This document shows positions 1 to 10,214 of a stretch of 33,455 bases of DNA, one piece after another. The stretch comes from Macrostomum lignano (taxonomy: Eukaryota), in assembly GCA_002269645.1 (NCBI GenBank), contig NIVC01003395.1:1-33455 (forward strand), written 5' to 3'. Every line of letters begins with the position of its first letter. The first letter of the stretch is position 1. The translations under genes were made by a program, and so were the position numbers. The notes beneath the pieces are model-generated. The model was not told the DNA's origin, made no database searches, and saw only the letters and a list, made by a program, of their open reading frames with translations.

Positions 1-382
1 TGATGGATTAAAGAAACTAAATCTTTCCCGTTTGGTCATTTTCTTTTCTTATCTGGCCTGCCTTCTGTCTTTGACAGAGCGCAGTCATCTGTAACTCTAT
101 CTGAAGTACAATTATATTAAAGCAACTCTGAAGTTTCCTCATATTTGGTATTTAAGTACAAGTGTGTAGCTTTATTCATTGGTTGTTTCCGAATCTTACT
201 AACTCCCTTTTATAAGCTGCTTGTATTGTCTCATAAAAATTGGTTTTGAGGTCTGGTTTCAATTTTGTTTAATTTGTTTATTCATGTTGGCAAAGTAAAT
301 TTGTTAAGAACACCGAGAAATATTGCCACAATATTTATTTATCCAAGTCCGTGCTTGTCTGCACTTGTTTTAGTGATTTTCT

Positions 383-1200
383 GGGCCATTGATTAGCTCT
401 GCCTAAACTACATAGCCTCCAATATCTTCAGTTGCTGGGCCAGCCTCCCAGAGTGTCTGTTGCTGGCCAGCCTCCCAGATCCTCAGTTGCTGGGCCATTG
501 ACTAGCTCTGCCTAAACAACATAGCCTCCAAGATCTTTAGTTGTTGGGCCATTGATTAGCTCTGCCTAAACAACATAGCCTCCAAGATCTTTAGTTGTTG
601 GGCCATTGATTAGCTCTGCTAAACAACATAGCCTCCAAGATCTTCAGTTGCTGGGCCACCAGCCTCCCAGATCCTCAGTTGCTGGGCCACCAGCCTCCCA
701 GATTCTCAGTTGCTGGGCCAGCCTCCCAGATCCTCAGTTGCTGGGCCACCAGCCTCCCAGATTCTCAGTTGCTGGGCCACCAGCCTCCCAGATCCTCAGT
801 TGCTGGGCCACCAGCCTCCCAGATTCTCAGTTGCTGGGCCAGCCTCCCAGATCCTCAGTTGCTGGGCCACCAGCCTCCCAGATCCTCAGTTGCTGGGCCA
901 GCCTCCCAGATTCTCAGTTGCTGGGCCAGCCTCCCAGATCCTCAGTTGCTGGGCCAGCCTCCCAGATCCTCAGTTGCTGGGCCAGCCTCCCAGATCCTCA
1001 GTTGCTGGGCCACCAGCCTCTCAGATCCCCAGTTGCTGGGTCAACAGCCTCCCAGATTCTCAGTTGCTGGGCCACCAGCCTCTCCAGCCTCTCCAGCCTC
1101 ACCACCCAGTTGCTGGGTCAACAGCCTCCCAGATTCTCAGTTGCTGGGCCAGTCTCCCAGATCCTCAGTTGCTTAGCCAACCTCCCAGATCCCCAGTCGC
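383..1200. repeat. Minisatellite upstream of HSF; ~55-60 bp units at left give way to 27-31 bp units (cagcctcccagatcctcagttgctgggccac)
   Basis: Tandem copies read directly; the repetitive ORFs at 606, 679 and the 5' part of 710 are its translations. Confidence 0.95.
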
Positions 1201-1264
1201 TGCAGCTCTAGAACACGCACCGAATCCCGATCAAAATTCATGCCAGTCACTCTCCAGCGCTAGC

Positions 1265-1677
1265 ATGCCAGCAGTGGTGGGATCCGAGCAGCTGCCTGAG
1301 TCCCAGCCAGGCCAACAGCCCGCCGCAGGTGCCTCTCCAAATCTTCGGCGCGGACTGCCCGGCGGCCTGCCCGGCTTCCTGGTGAAGCTATGGACTCTGG
1401 TCAACGATCCCACTATCGATTCGATAATCAGCTGGGACTCAACCGGCGATTGCATCCTCATCTCGGATGGCAACGCTCTCGCGGCCGAGGTTCTGCCATT
1501 GTACTTTAAGCACAACAACTTGGCCAGCTTCACGCGCCAGTTGAACATGTACGGCTTTCACAAGCTGGCATCCGCCGATAGCAGCGGTCAGATGCACTTT
1601 CAGCATCCGTACTTTCGGCAGGGACAGCCGGAGCTGTTGCCAAGCGTCAACCGTCAGATGCTTGGAGGCGGCGGCCG
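1265..1677 (+). CDS. HSF1: Heat shock transcription factor, first recognisable coding exon (HSF DNA-binding domain)
   Basis: GLPGFLVKLWTLVNDP...ISW...LPLYFKHNNLASFTRQLNMYGFHK...FQHPYFRQGQPELL matches the HSF winged-helix motif. Start at ATG 1265 is inferred; an upstream exon is possible. GT donor at 1678 is inferred. Confidence 0.9.
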
Positions 1678-1727
1678 GTACAGCCTGGCTCTGACTACTA
1701 GGCATGGCGGTACTGCGGCAACTACAG

Positions 1728-1965
1728 GCGACGCTATGGATCCGCAGCAGCAGCCATCGTGTCAGGGGGCACCGCACCGTGTGAGGGCACCTCTGACGGA
1801 GTCGACCCGGTGTCGCTTAACGGTCGCGACGCTGTGCAGGCCGCGCTGACCGAGATGCGCACGCGGCAGTCGGCTACTGACCAACAGTTGAGGCGGCTGT
1901 GCGATGAGAATCATAAACTGTGGCTGGAATTGGATAACCTGCGGGTGCAGCACCAGCAGCAGCAG
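1728..1965 (+). CDS. HSF1: HSF exon 2 (HR-A trimerisation heptads)
   Basis: LTEMRTRQSATDQQLRRLCDENHKLWLELDNLRVQHQQQQ resembles HR-A (ENxxLWxE). Ends at a phase-0 donor CAG|GTGAGG at 1966. The 5' boundary depends on an inferred 50-nt intron. Confidence 0.8.
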
Positions 1966-1979
1966 GTGAGGCTGGGTGT

Positions 1980-2705
1980 CTAACACAGAACAGGCTGTCT
2001 AACACACAGAACAGGCTGTCTAACACACATAACAGACTGTCTAACACCCAGAACAGGCTGTCTTAACACACAGAACAGGCCATGTCTGACACACAGAACA
2101 GGCTGTCTAACACACATCCGGCTGTCTAACACACAGAACAGGCTGTCTAACACACAGAACAGGCCATGTCTGACACACAGAACAGGCTGTCTAACACACA
2201 TCCGGCTGTCTAACACACAGAACAGGCCATGTCTGACACACAGAAAAGGCTGTCTAACACACAGAACAGGCTGTCTAACACACAGAACAGGCTGTCTAAC
2301 ACACATCCGGCTGTCTAACACACAGAACAGGCCATGTCTGACACACAGAAAAGGCTGTCTAACACACAGAACAGGCTGTCTAACACACAGAACAGGCTGT
2401 CTAACACACAGAACAGGCCATGTCTGACACACAGAACAGGCTGTCTAACACATATCCAGCTGTCTAACACACAGAACAGGCTGTCTAACACACAGAACAG
2501 GCTGTCTAACACACAGAACAGGCCATGTCTGACACACAGAACAGGCTGTCTAACACATATCCAGCTGTCTAACACACAGAACAGGCTGTCTAACACACAG
2601 AACAGGCCATGTCTAACACACAGAACAGGCCATGTCTAACACACAGAACAGGCCATGTCTAACACACAGAACAGTCCGTCTAACACTTAGAACAGGCTGT
2701 CTAGC
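1980..2705. repeat. Intronic minisatellite, ~21-bp unit (taacacacagaacaggctgtc)
   Basis: Tandem copies fill the HSF intron 1966-2792. Confidence 0.95.
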
Positions 2706-2792
2706 AACTGAAAATAGATAAAATTTTTGTACAAACTGATGACAGACTATTATATAAAGTTAACCTGTCCATGAAACCCACCATCACTGCAG

Positions 2793-3524
2793 GTGGCTGT
2801 CACCTGGCTCCTGGACTTCATCAAAGCCGCCATGGTGAATCGAAGCGCCAATCAAGGCGTCAGCGGCGGCGGCATCCGGGGGCCTCGAATAAGCGAGCCC
2901 GACCTGCAGTCTGCTGCTGACAGCTCCGCCGCTGCCGCCGCCGCCGCCTCCTCGATGGGGCCGCTGGGCGCTGCCACCTCTAGCGGCTCTGTACCGTCCG
3001 ACACTTCCGGTTTCAACCGGAAGCGGCCATATCCGTTCCCCTACCCGCAGCAGCAGCAGCAGCTGATGGCTATCGAGATGCCGCCTGCGGCGCCAGCCAT
3101 CGAGGCTCCCCGTCAGCGTCGGGCCATCACGCAGCTGCCGCCAACGCCGACTACCCCGCAGCCGCCGCCGCCGCTGACGCCGACAGCCGTGTCGACCTCC
3201 GCCGAGTCTCCCAGCATCGCCGACTTCTGCCCGGAGGCATTCAGCGCAGATATCAATTCCCGACAAGCCGACTTGGACGGCATTGTGAATGCTTTGGAGA
3301 CGGACGAATCGTTGGACTTCGATGTTGACAGGCTGTTGGCTGAGCTGGTGCAGTCGCCGCCGACTCCACAGCAGCAGCAGCCGCAGCAACCGCCGGCTTC
3401 TGTGCCAGCGGCGGTGACCGGTTTAACCAAACAGCAACCGCCTGGTTCAAATAACTCTGAAGACGCTGAGCCGCCACTACTGGACAGCTGTTTGATTGAG
3501 GATCCGGGACAATTGTTTAAATAA
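2793..3524 (+). CDS. HSF1: HSF exon 3 (HR-B, low-complexity regulatory region, acidic/hydrophobic C-terminus)
   Basis: Phase-0 acceptor ctgcAG|GTG gives QQQQ|VAVTWLLDFI, the HR-B pattern. TAA at 3522-3524. The joined CDS is 1383 nt (460 aa). Confidence 0.85.
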   Translation: MAVTWLLDFIKAAMVNRSANQGVSGGGIRGPRISEPDLQSAADSSAAAAAAASSMGPLGAATSSGSVPSDTSGFNRKRPYPFPYPQQQQQLMAIEMPPAAPAIEAPRQRRAITQLPPTPTTPQPPPPLTPTAVSTSAESPSIADFCPEAFSADINSRQADLDGIVNALETDESLDFDVDRLLAELVQSPPTPQQQQPQQPPASVPAAVTGLTKQQPPGSNNSEDAEPPLLDSCLIEDPGQLFK

Positions 3525-3718
3525 ATTTTGTATATGAACTATTGTGTTTATTATTATATGTATTATTATATTATCGTCATATTTTAATTAGCCCGTATTT
3601 TGCATACATGCAAATATATATGCAGTAAACTATTTTGTGCATCATTTTATATTTAGCTACTACTTGTTTGTGTATATAATAGTAGTATATAGTCGATTTA
3701 ACGACATACAATTTTAAA

Positions 3719-3855
3719 CCGATTAACATCCGAGAGGGTCATCTGACCCCACCGATTAACATCAGAGGGGTCATCTGATCCCACCGATTAACATCCGAGG
3801 GGGCCATCTGACCCCACCGATTAACATCAGAGGGGGTCATCTGACCCCACCGATC
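3719..3855. repeat. Tandem repeat, ~33-bp unit x4 (ccgattaacatccgagagggtcatctgaccccac)
   Basis: Read directly. Confidence 0.9.
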
Positions 3856-4261
3856 TACATTTTTAATGGAAAAAAGTAAATTTAGGACTATATACAAAAT
3901 ATGAAGCTACTTTAAGTAGCTAATTAAACGACTACATGGTAGATTAATAAAATTGTCTATAGATTTATCCGTTATTTTTTGTCGGTTAATGTAAATCTAA
4001 AATCTAAAATTTGTTTTGAGTATTGGGCATCGTTGTATTTTTTTCATCATTTTTTTTATCTGAACATTGCTTCGGTTACCAACGCAAGATGATTTCAAAC
4101 ATTTGCAGACAGCAAACTGCCCCTTCATATCCACACTCAGACCACACTCGACATCGCATATATTTCAGCATTTCTTGTAGCTCCCGTGTCGGCACTAAGT
4201 TTTAAACGCCTTAAATTTCCAACCTTCAGATGTTTTGAGCTGGCATTAATGTTTTGCGAGA

Positions 4262-5055
4262 ATCGCCCTTCGGAGTCTACCCAGATAATCGCCTTTTGAA
4301 TCTACCCAGAAGATCGTCTTTAGAGTCTACCCAGATAATCTCCTTTGGAGTCTACCCAGATAATCGCCTTTTGAATCTACCCAGAAGATCGTCTTTAGAG
4401 TCTACCCAGATAATCTCCTTTGGAGTCTACCCAGATAATCTCCTTTGGAGTCTACCCAGATAATCTCCTTTGGAGTCTACCCAGATAATCTCCTTTGGAG
4501 TCTACCCAGATAATCTCATGTGGAATCTACCCAGATAATCTCCTGTGGAATCTACCCAGAAAATCTGTGGAATCTACCCAGATAATCTCCTTTGGAATCT
4601 ACCCAGATAATCTCCTGTGAAGTCTACCCAGATAATCTCCTGTGGAATCTACCCAGATAATCTCCTGTGGAATCTACCCAGAAAATCTGTGGAATCTACC
4701 CAGATAATCGCCTTTGGAATCTACCCAGAAAATCTCCTGTGGAATCTACCCAGATAATCTCCTTTGGAGTCTACCCAGATAATCTCCTTTGGAGTCTACC
4801 CAGATAATCGCCTTTGGAATCTACCAGAAAATCGCCTTTGGAATCTACCCAGAAAATCTCCTGTGGAATCTACGCAGAAAATCTCCTGTGGAATCTACCC
4901 AGAAAATCTCCTGTGGAATCTACGCAGAAAATCTCCTGTGGAATCTACCCAGAAAATCTCCTGTGGAATCTACCCAGAAAATCTGTGGAATCTACCCAGA
5001 AAATCGTCTTTAGAGTCTACCCAGATAATCTCCTTTGGAATCTATCCAGAAAATC
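4262..5055. repeat. Minisatellite, ~25-bp unit (tggaatctacccagataatctcctt)
   Basis: Read directly; explains the ESTQ/YPEN-type ORFs. Confidence 0.95.
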
Positions 5056-5639
5056 TAAAGTTCAGAACCCAAAAATTCCTTACTTCAAGAGAGCCCCGGT
5101 TTTGCACTCATAAATAGATTAGATTACTGTATGGTCAGATGGCTTCAGAGCAAAGTAACTTCACTCGTAAAGGCCCGCTTTGCGTTGCACTTGACTCACT
5201 ATTTTCACCTTGTCAGGCAGTGATTGGATGTAACTTCATAATTGTATGCTTATCTAGTTATTGTCTGCTTTCTCTAGCATGGCAGCAAAGAATGCGCTGT
5301 TTCTGCTTGTTGCTGTTTCTGAGAACAGAAGTTGCTTTTGTTGCGTCTGTCAGCACACGTGTTTAAATTTGCATCTTTAAACTGTATTTTCCCTGTTTGC
5401 GTACAATACTCGTATGCTTGTCTGTTGCTTCTGCTGTGGAAAATATGTATATTTTGTCTGAACTGTAACTAATACATTTTTAATAGAAGACACTTGCTTG
5501 TTTTCATAACGTAAAATGTTGTTATATTTTTGTTGATAACTTCAGCCGTAAACATTTTTTATTTAAAATTGGATTTATCTTCTCTTGGGGTCATCGTTTG
5601 GAAGGTCTTAAAGGTCGTCGGATCAGTGGATATTCCAAA

Positions 5640-6200
5640 AATCATCGTTTTAACTGCCCCGAAGGTCACAGCTTTGAATCTCCTGAAGATCACTGCTTTG
5701 AGGGTAGCGAAAGTCACGTGTTGAATGTACCCACAATCATTGCGTTGAAGGTTTTGAAGATCATAGTGTTGTAGGTCCCGCAGACAATCTTGTTGAAGGT
5801 CGCGAAGACGACCGAGTTAAATGTCCTGAAGATCATTGTGTTAAATGTCCCGAAGATCATTGTATTGAATGTCCCGAAGATCATTGTGTTAAATGTTGCG
5901 AATATCATGTGTTGAATGTCCCGAAGATCATTGTGTTGAATGTCCCGAAGATCATCGAGTTGAATGTCCCGAAGATCATCGAGTTGGATGTCCCGAAGAT
6001 CATCGAGTTGAATGTCCTGAAGATCATCGAGTTGAATGTCCCGAAGATCATTGTGTTAAATGGTTCGAATATCATGTGTTGAATGTCCCGAAGATCATCG
6101 AGTTGAATGTCACGATGATCATCGCATTGAATGTCCCAAAAATAATGATGTTGAATTTTGCAAAGATCTTCGGGTTGAATGTACCGAAGTTCACGCGTTA
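5640..6200. repeat. Degenerate 24-bp minisatellite (ttgaatgtcccgaagatcatcg/tg)
   Basis: Read directly; explains the VECPEDH and MIFGTFNT ORFs. Confidence 0.9.
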
Positions 6201-6665
6201 AATATCTCGAAGATAATCGATCGTCTTGACTGTCGTGAAGGCCTTAGAGATCGTCGGAGGTGCTGGACATTATCTGCAACTCAGAAGAGGGTCTTACAAA
6301 AGCACCAACTGAAATGTGCTATACAATTAAAATTTACTAAACGCGAAGACCAGGATTCTTCGAAGACAGAAGAAAAATAACTGTGTTTAAGTCAGAAAAT
6401 GTCAAGTGTCATAGCTATATATTAATTTACGCTCAAATATTAGTATAGTTCTATGTCTACTATTAGTAGAGCAGGATGAGTATCAATTCATTTTTATCGT
6501 AGCAAGAGTATCGAAGGTCAAACTAACTTGATCCAAGCAAAATCCAGCAATGTACCTTCATACGAGCGTATTGAATATCGGAGTAGAACATTATTGAGAG
6601 GCGTCAACGGCCTCCCCTGCTTGATGCATGGCCCCCACACCGGTTCCGACACCTATGCTAGCAAT

Positions 6666-7361
6666 TCAAGCTAGCCAATCATTGAAATCCGCTCCCAGCT
6701 TGAGGTCCGGCACAATCCGTCTCAGGTCTACCAGATTAGTGCGGTACTCCTGTCGCTTGGGCCCGTTGTAGTCCCAAACTGGTCCGCTCTTGCGCACATC
6801 GTGAACGGCAAATACTGGCTGGGACGAGTCCGTGATTGGATTTAAATTCGTCACGTCTGAGCACAGGTTAGTGAGATTCTTCACCCGGCGCAGACGGCGC
6901 ACTTTTGGCTCGGAGCCTGTGGCGATCCTCTTGCAGGCGCTTTCCAAACTGGACGTCCGGAATTTCCTGAAATCAGCTGAACTGCTGTTCAGGGTGTTGT
7001 TCAAATACGGATAGAAACTGAACGACGGTGGCAGGTAGACGGTTGACATGGAATTGTTAGTCAGCGGTGTTCGATTTGAGTATTTCTCAATTATTCTTGT
7101 GAGTCCGAACGGTCCCGCAAAACCGAGAATGTCGAACTTTGGATCCACCATGGCCAGCTGCTCAAGTGCAAACCGGAAGAAGCCGTGATTCGGTGCCGAC
7201 ATGAGGAATGCCGGGTTCGCCAGCGGCTTGACTGGCCAGTTCAGGCCGAGAAACGTCAGCGAGTGCGCCTCCGGCTCTCGAGTCACCACCGCAGGGAAGC
7301 GGCGAACTTCGTCCAGACTCTGGACCAGACTGTAGTCCAGGTCGGCGTACGTGCCTCCGAA
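6666..7361 (-). CDS. GT32-family glycosyltransferase, exon 2 (DXD motif and C-terminal part)
   Basis: Acceptor caacAG|TTC gives FGGTYADLDY, then NPAFLMSAPNHGFF...GPFGLT. In frame with ORF 6666..7289 (696 nt including stop). Confidence 0.88.
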   Translation of the reverse strand, partial: FGGTYADLDYSLVQSLDEVRRFPAVVTREPEAHSLTFLGLNWPVKPLANPAFLMSAPNHGFFRFALEQLAMVDPKFDILGFAGPFGLTRIIEKYSNRTPLTNNSMSTVYLPPSFSFYPYLNNTLNSSSADFRKFRTSSLESACKRIATGSEPKVRRLRRVKNLTNLCSDVTNLNPITDSSQPVFAVHDVRKSGPVWDYNGPKRQEYRTNLVDLRRIVPDLKLGADFNDWLA

Positions 7362-7403
7362 CTGTTGAGGTGTTCCAGTGTTGGCTTTTTGTTGCTCAGT
7401 TTC

Positions 7404-7980
7404 TTAAGCAAGAACCAAGTCGCCAGCCCTTGAGACCGTCAGGATATTCAACGATTCTGCCAGAAGGTCGGATTTCATCAGCACGTCGATCCACGTGTCT
7501 GCATCAGCTTTGATTTCGTTGGTTACTGGTCTTCATCTAGACGGAGCTTCTGGACCTTCAACAGGTGGCATCAGGTGACTATGGACACCTTGCTGCAAAT
7601 GTCTCTGATGTCTCTGATCAAGAATCAACAGTGGGCCAGCCTCAACTGCTGCGTATCCTCAATCAGTATCTCTGCCTAGTGCCGTAGAAGAAGGCGACGG
7701 CGTCGGGATGATGACGGAATGCTTGAGATACAGTTGAGGCTTCCCCACTGTTGATTCTTGATCAGAGACACCATGTAGAGACATTCGCTACAGGGTGTTC
7801 ATAGTCACCTGATGCCACCTGTTGAAGGTCCAGAAGCTCCGTCTAGGTGAAGGCCAGTAACTAACGAAATCAGAGCTGATGCAGACACATGTGATCGACG
7901 TGCTGATTAAATCCAACCTGCTGGCAAAATCGTTGAATAACCTGACGGTCTCAAGGGCTGGCGAATTGGTTCTTGTTTAA
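7404..7980. repeat. Long imperfect inverted repeat (arms 7404-7648 and 7731-7980, ~82-nt loop) inside the glycosyltransferase intron; TTAA at both ends
   Basis: Manual reverse complement of 7731-7980 aligns with 7404-7648 at roughly 90% identity. Confidence 0.93.
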
Positions 7981-8031
7981 CAGCAATTTAGTTGTCGATG
8001 ATTTTGTGTGGCACAGCAAACAGACACCAAC

Positions 8032-8550
8032 CTTGAGCAGTAGCATGTAGCGAATATAGTCAACCCGTTGGATTTGCAGTTTCAAAGATTTGAACTGCTT
8101 CAGCACTGCCGGGAAATTCGCGGCCACAAACGGCTCCAGATCCTGGTCGCGCCAGAGCACGTAGGTCCAGTCAGGGTGAATTCTGTGCCAGGTTCTCAGC
8201 TGCTCAGCGAAATACGCCGAAACGGATTCATTGCGCCACAGGATGTGTCGAATCTTCGGTATCGGAAATGCGTATCTTCTGTGCAGATGCTCTACGTACT
8301 CGCGCCTGCAGATCTGGTTTGTGCAGACAGTTGGCAGCAGAATTCTCGTCGTGAAATTCACATTCTGACTCGCCAGCGCAGTCTGGCTGCTATCAACCGT
8401 GCTGAACAATGCCGCGATGAGTAGCCTGTCCCTGGCTGGCTTGTCCAGCAGCGCGACCAGCTGCGCGACAAATGCGTAACCCAGCAGCAGACCGAAGGTG
8501 ACGGCCGCTACAGAGCGCCACTTGGAGCAGAGTTTTGCACACGGCTGCAT
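8032..8550 (-). CDS. GT32-family (Och1/Sur1-like, DXD sugar-binding) glycosyltransferase, exon 1; type II membrane protein
   Basis: Hydrophobic N-terminal anchor VAAVTFGLLLGYAFVAQLVALL, then IPKIRHILW...W..IHPDWTYVLWRD...IQRVDYIRYMLLLK. Phase-0 donor AAG|GTTGGT at 8031. Confidence 0.88.
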
Positions 8551-9141
8551 GTAGTCTATCTAGTCTAACTAGTCTCACACAGAAGGACGTTCCCTGTGTC
8601 TTTTATATATACACAAATCTATCCAAGCTACAGTAACTGTATGTGACTGGTTTGTCATTATGGCCGTACGAATCAATTTTCGTTTGGCTTTATAAAAACA
8701 GCAACGTGCAAAACTGTTTCTTGATTCTTGTTTACATGCATCGAAATTTGTCAACCATAGCTATAAACGTCTTTTTCATTGATCCACTCAAGATGTGATT
8801 TCTACCATGACAAGATATTGTAGAGAGGAATAAACTATTGCATAAGTTTCCAAAGTAGAAGAATAATGGGTACCTAATGTATTATATCCTGACTTTCTAA
8901 TCCTTTGACTAAGGAATCAGGATTGGACTAATCCTCTAATGACTTTCTAATAGTCGGACGCGTTGACCGCTGACCCCTGTTATTGAAAATTTATGTAGAC
9001 AGCTAAAAATAAACTTAATTACAAGCCTTAGTCTGTGTCTTAAATTAACGTGCTCATAATTAGCTAGATAATTTATTCCAGTTGCGCAACAGAGCTTGCT
9101 GCTCAGAGTAAATTAGCTTTAATATTATAGTTTGAGCAAGC

Positions 9142-9429
9142 ATGACAACTGTGACAGCAACAGGCTGCTCGAATAAGACCAACTGCAGCAGGAGTGCCAG
9201 CGCGTTGACTGCCCACGAGACGGATGTGATGAGCTGTGACGATGACGACAGCCTGCAGGGCCTGCTGCTCAGGACGAGGTCGGCTCTGCTGCGACTGCGG
9301 GATTGCCAAGGCAATGCTGAGAATGATGACGAATGCGGACAGATCGATCTGGAAGCGGCACTGGCTGAGGTTAACACCTGGCTGCAAGCTGTCGAACTGC
9401 AGCTTGATGCTGATCGCTATGATGATGAG
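9142..9429 (+). CDS. Unidentified protein, probable first coding exon
   Basis: ATG 9142, GC-rich non-repetitive ORF with an amphipathic helix (LEAALAEVNTWLQAVELQL), phase-0 donor GAG|GTGAGC at 9430. No family recognised. Confidence 0.55.
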
Positions 9430-9457
9430 GTGAGCTGGAGTTGTCTGGAGGGCGAGC

Positions 9458-9830
9458 AGAAGAGAGGGAGGGAGCGGATAAGAGAGGGAGGGAGCGGATA
9501 AGAGAGGGAGGTAGCGGATAAGAGAGGGAGGAAGCGGATAAGAGAGTGGAGGGAGCGGATAAGAGAGGGGAGGGAGCGGATAAGAGAGGGGAGGCAGCCG
9601 ATTAGAGAGGGGAGGCAGCGGATTAGAGAAGGGAGGCAGCAGATAAGAGAGGGAGGGAGCGGATAAGAGAGGGGAGGGAGCGGATAAGAGAGGGAGGGGC
9701 GGATAAGAGAGGGAGGGAGCGGATTAGATGGAAGGGAGCGGATTGGAGAGGGAGGGAGCGGATAAGAGAGGGAGGGAGCGGATAAGAGAGGGTAGGGAGA
9801 GGATCAGAAAGAAGAAGCAGCGGATCAGAG
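9458..9830. repeat. Purine-rich 20-bp minisatellite (agagagggagggagcggata)
   Basis: Read directly; begins ~30 nt after the 9430 donor. Confidence 0.95.
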
Positions 9831-9888
9831 GAAACTGTTGAACACGAACGCCCCTAAAAAGTTGAGCACAGCAGTGGCAAAAGACCAG

Positions 9889-10125
9889 CAAACTGATCAC
9901 GCCACAATCAGCGAGATTCGAACCTGGACTCCGGACACCAGCTGCTGCTGCGACTGCGACATCGCGAACGCTGAGGAGAGGGACACCGCATCGAGCATCG
10001 AATTCAGCTTGCAGTCGGCATCCCGCCTGATTCCCAGCGAGCTGCTTCAGAGGCTGGACCGCCGCATCAACCAGCTGTGCGGCCAGAGGGGGGCAGCAGC
10101 GGCGGGGAAACCGACAGCCAAACAG
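9889..10125 (+). CDS. Probable second exon of the unidentified gene
   Basis: Lies in ORF 9838..10218 and ends at a phase-0 donor CAG|GTTGGA (10126). The acceptor is uncertain (AG ending 9888 or 9828 are both in frame). Confidence 0.4.
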
Positions 10126-10214
10126 GTTGGATTAAATTTCTGCAAGTACCCGGCAAATTCTGCAAACTCCACGGTCTTCTGTAGATGCCGATCAAATCTG
10201 CTTCAGAGACTTCT

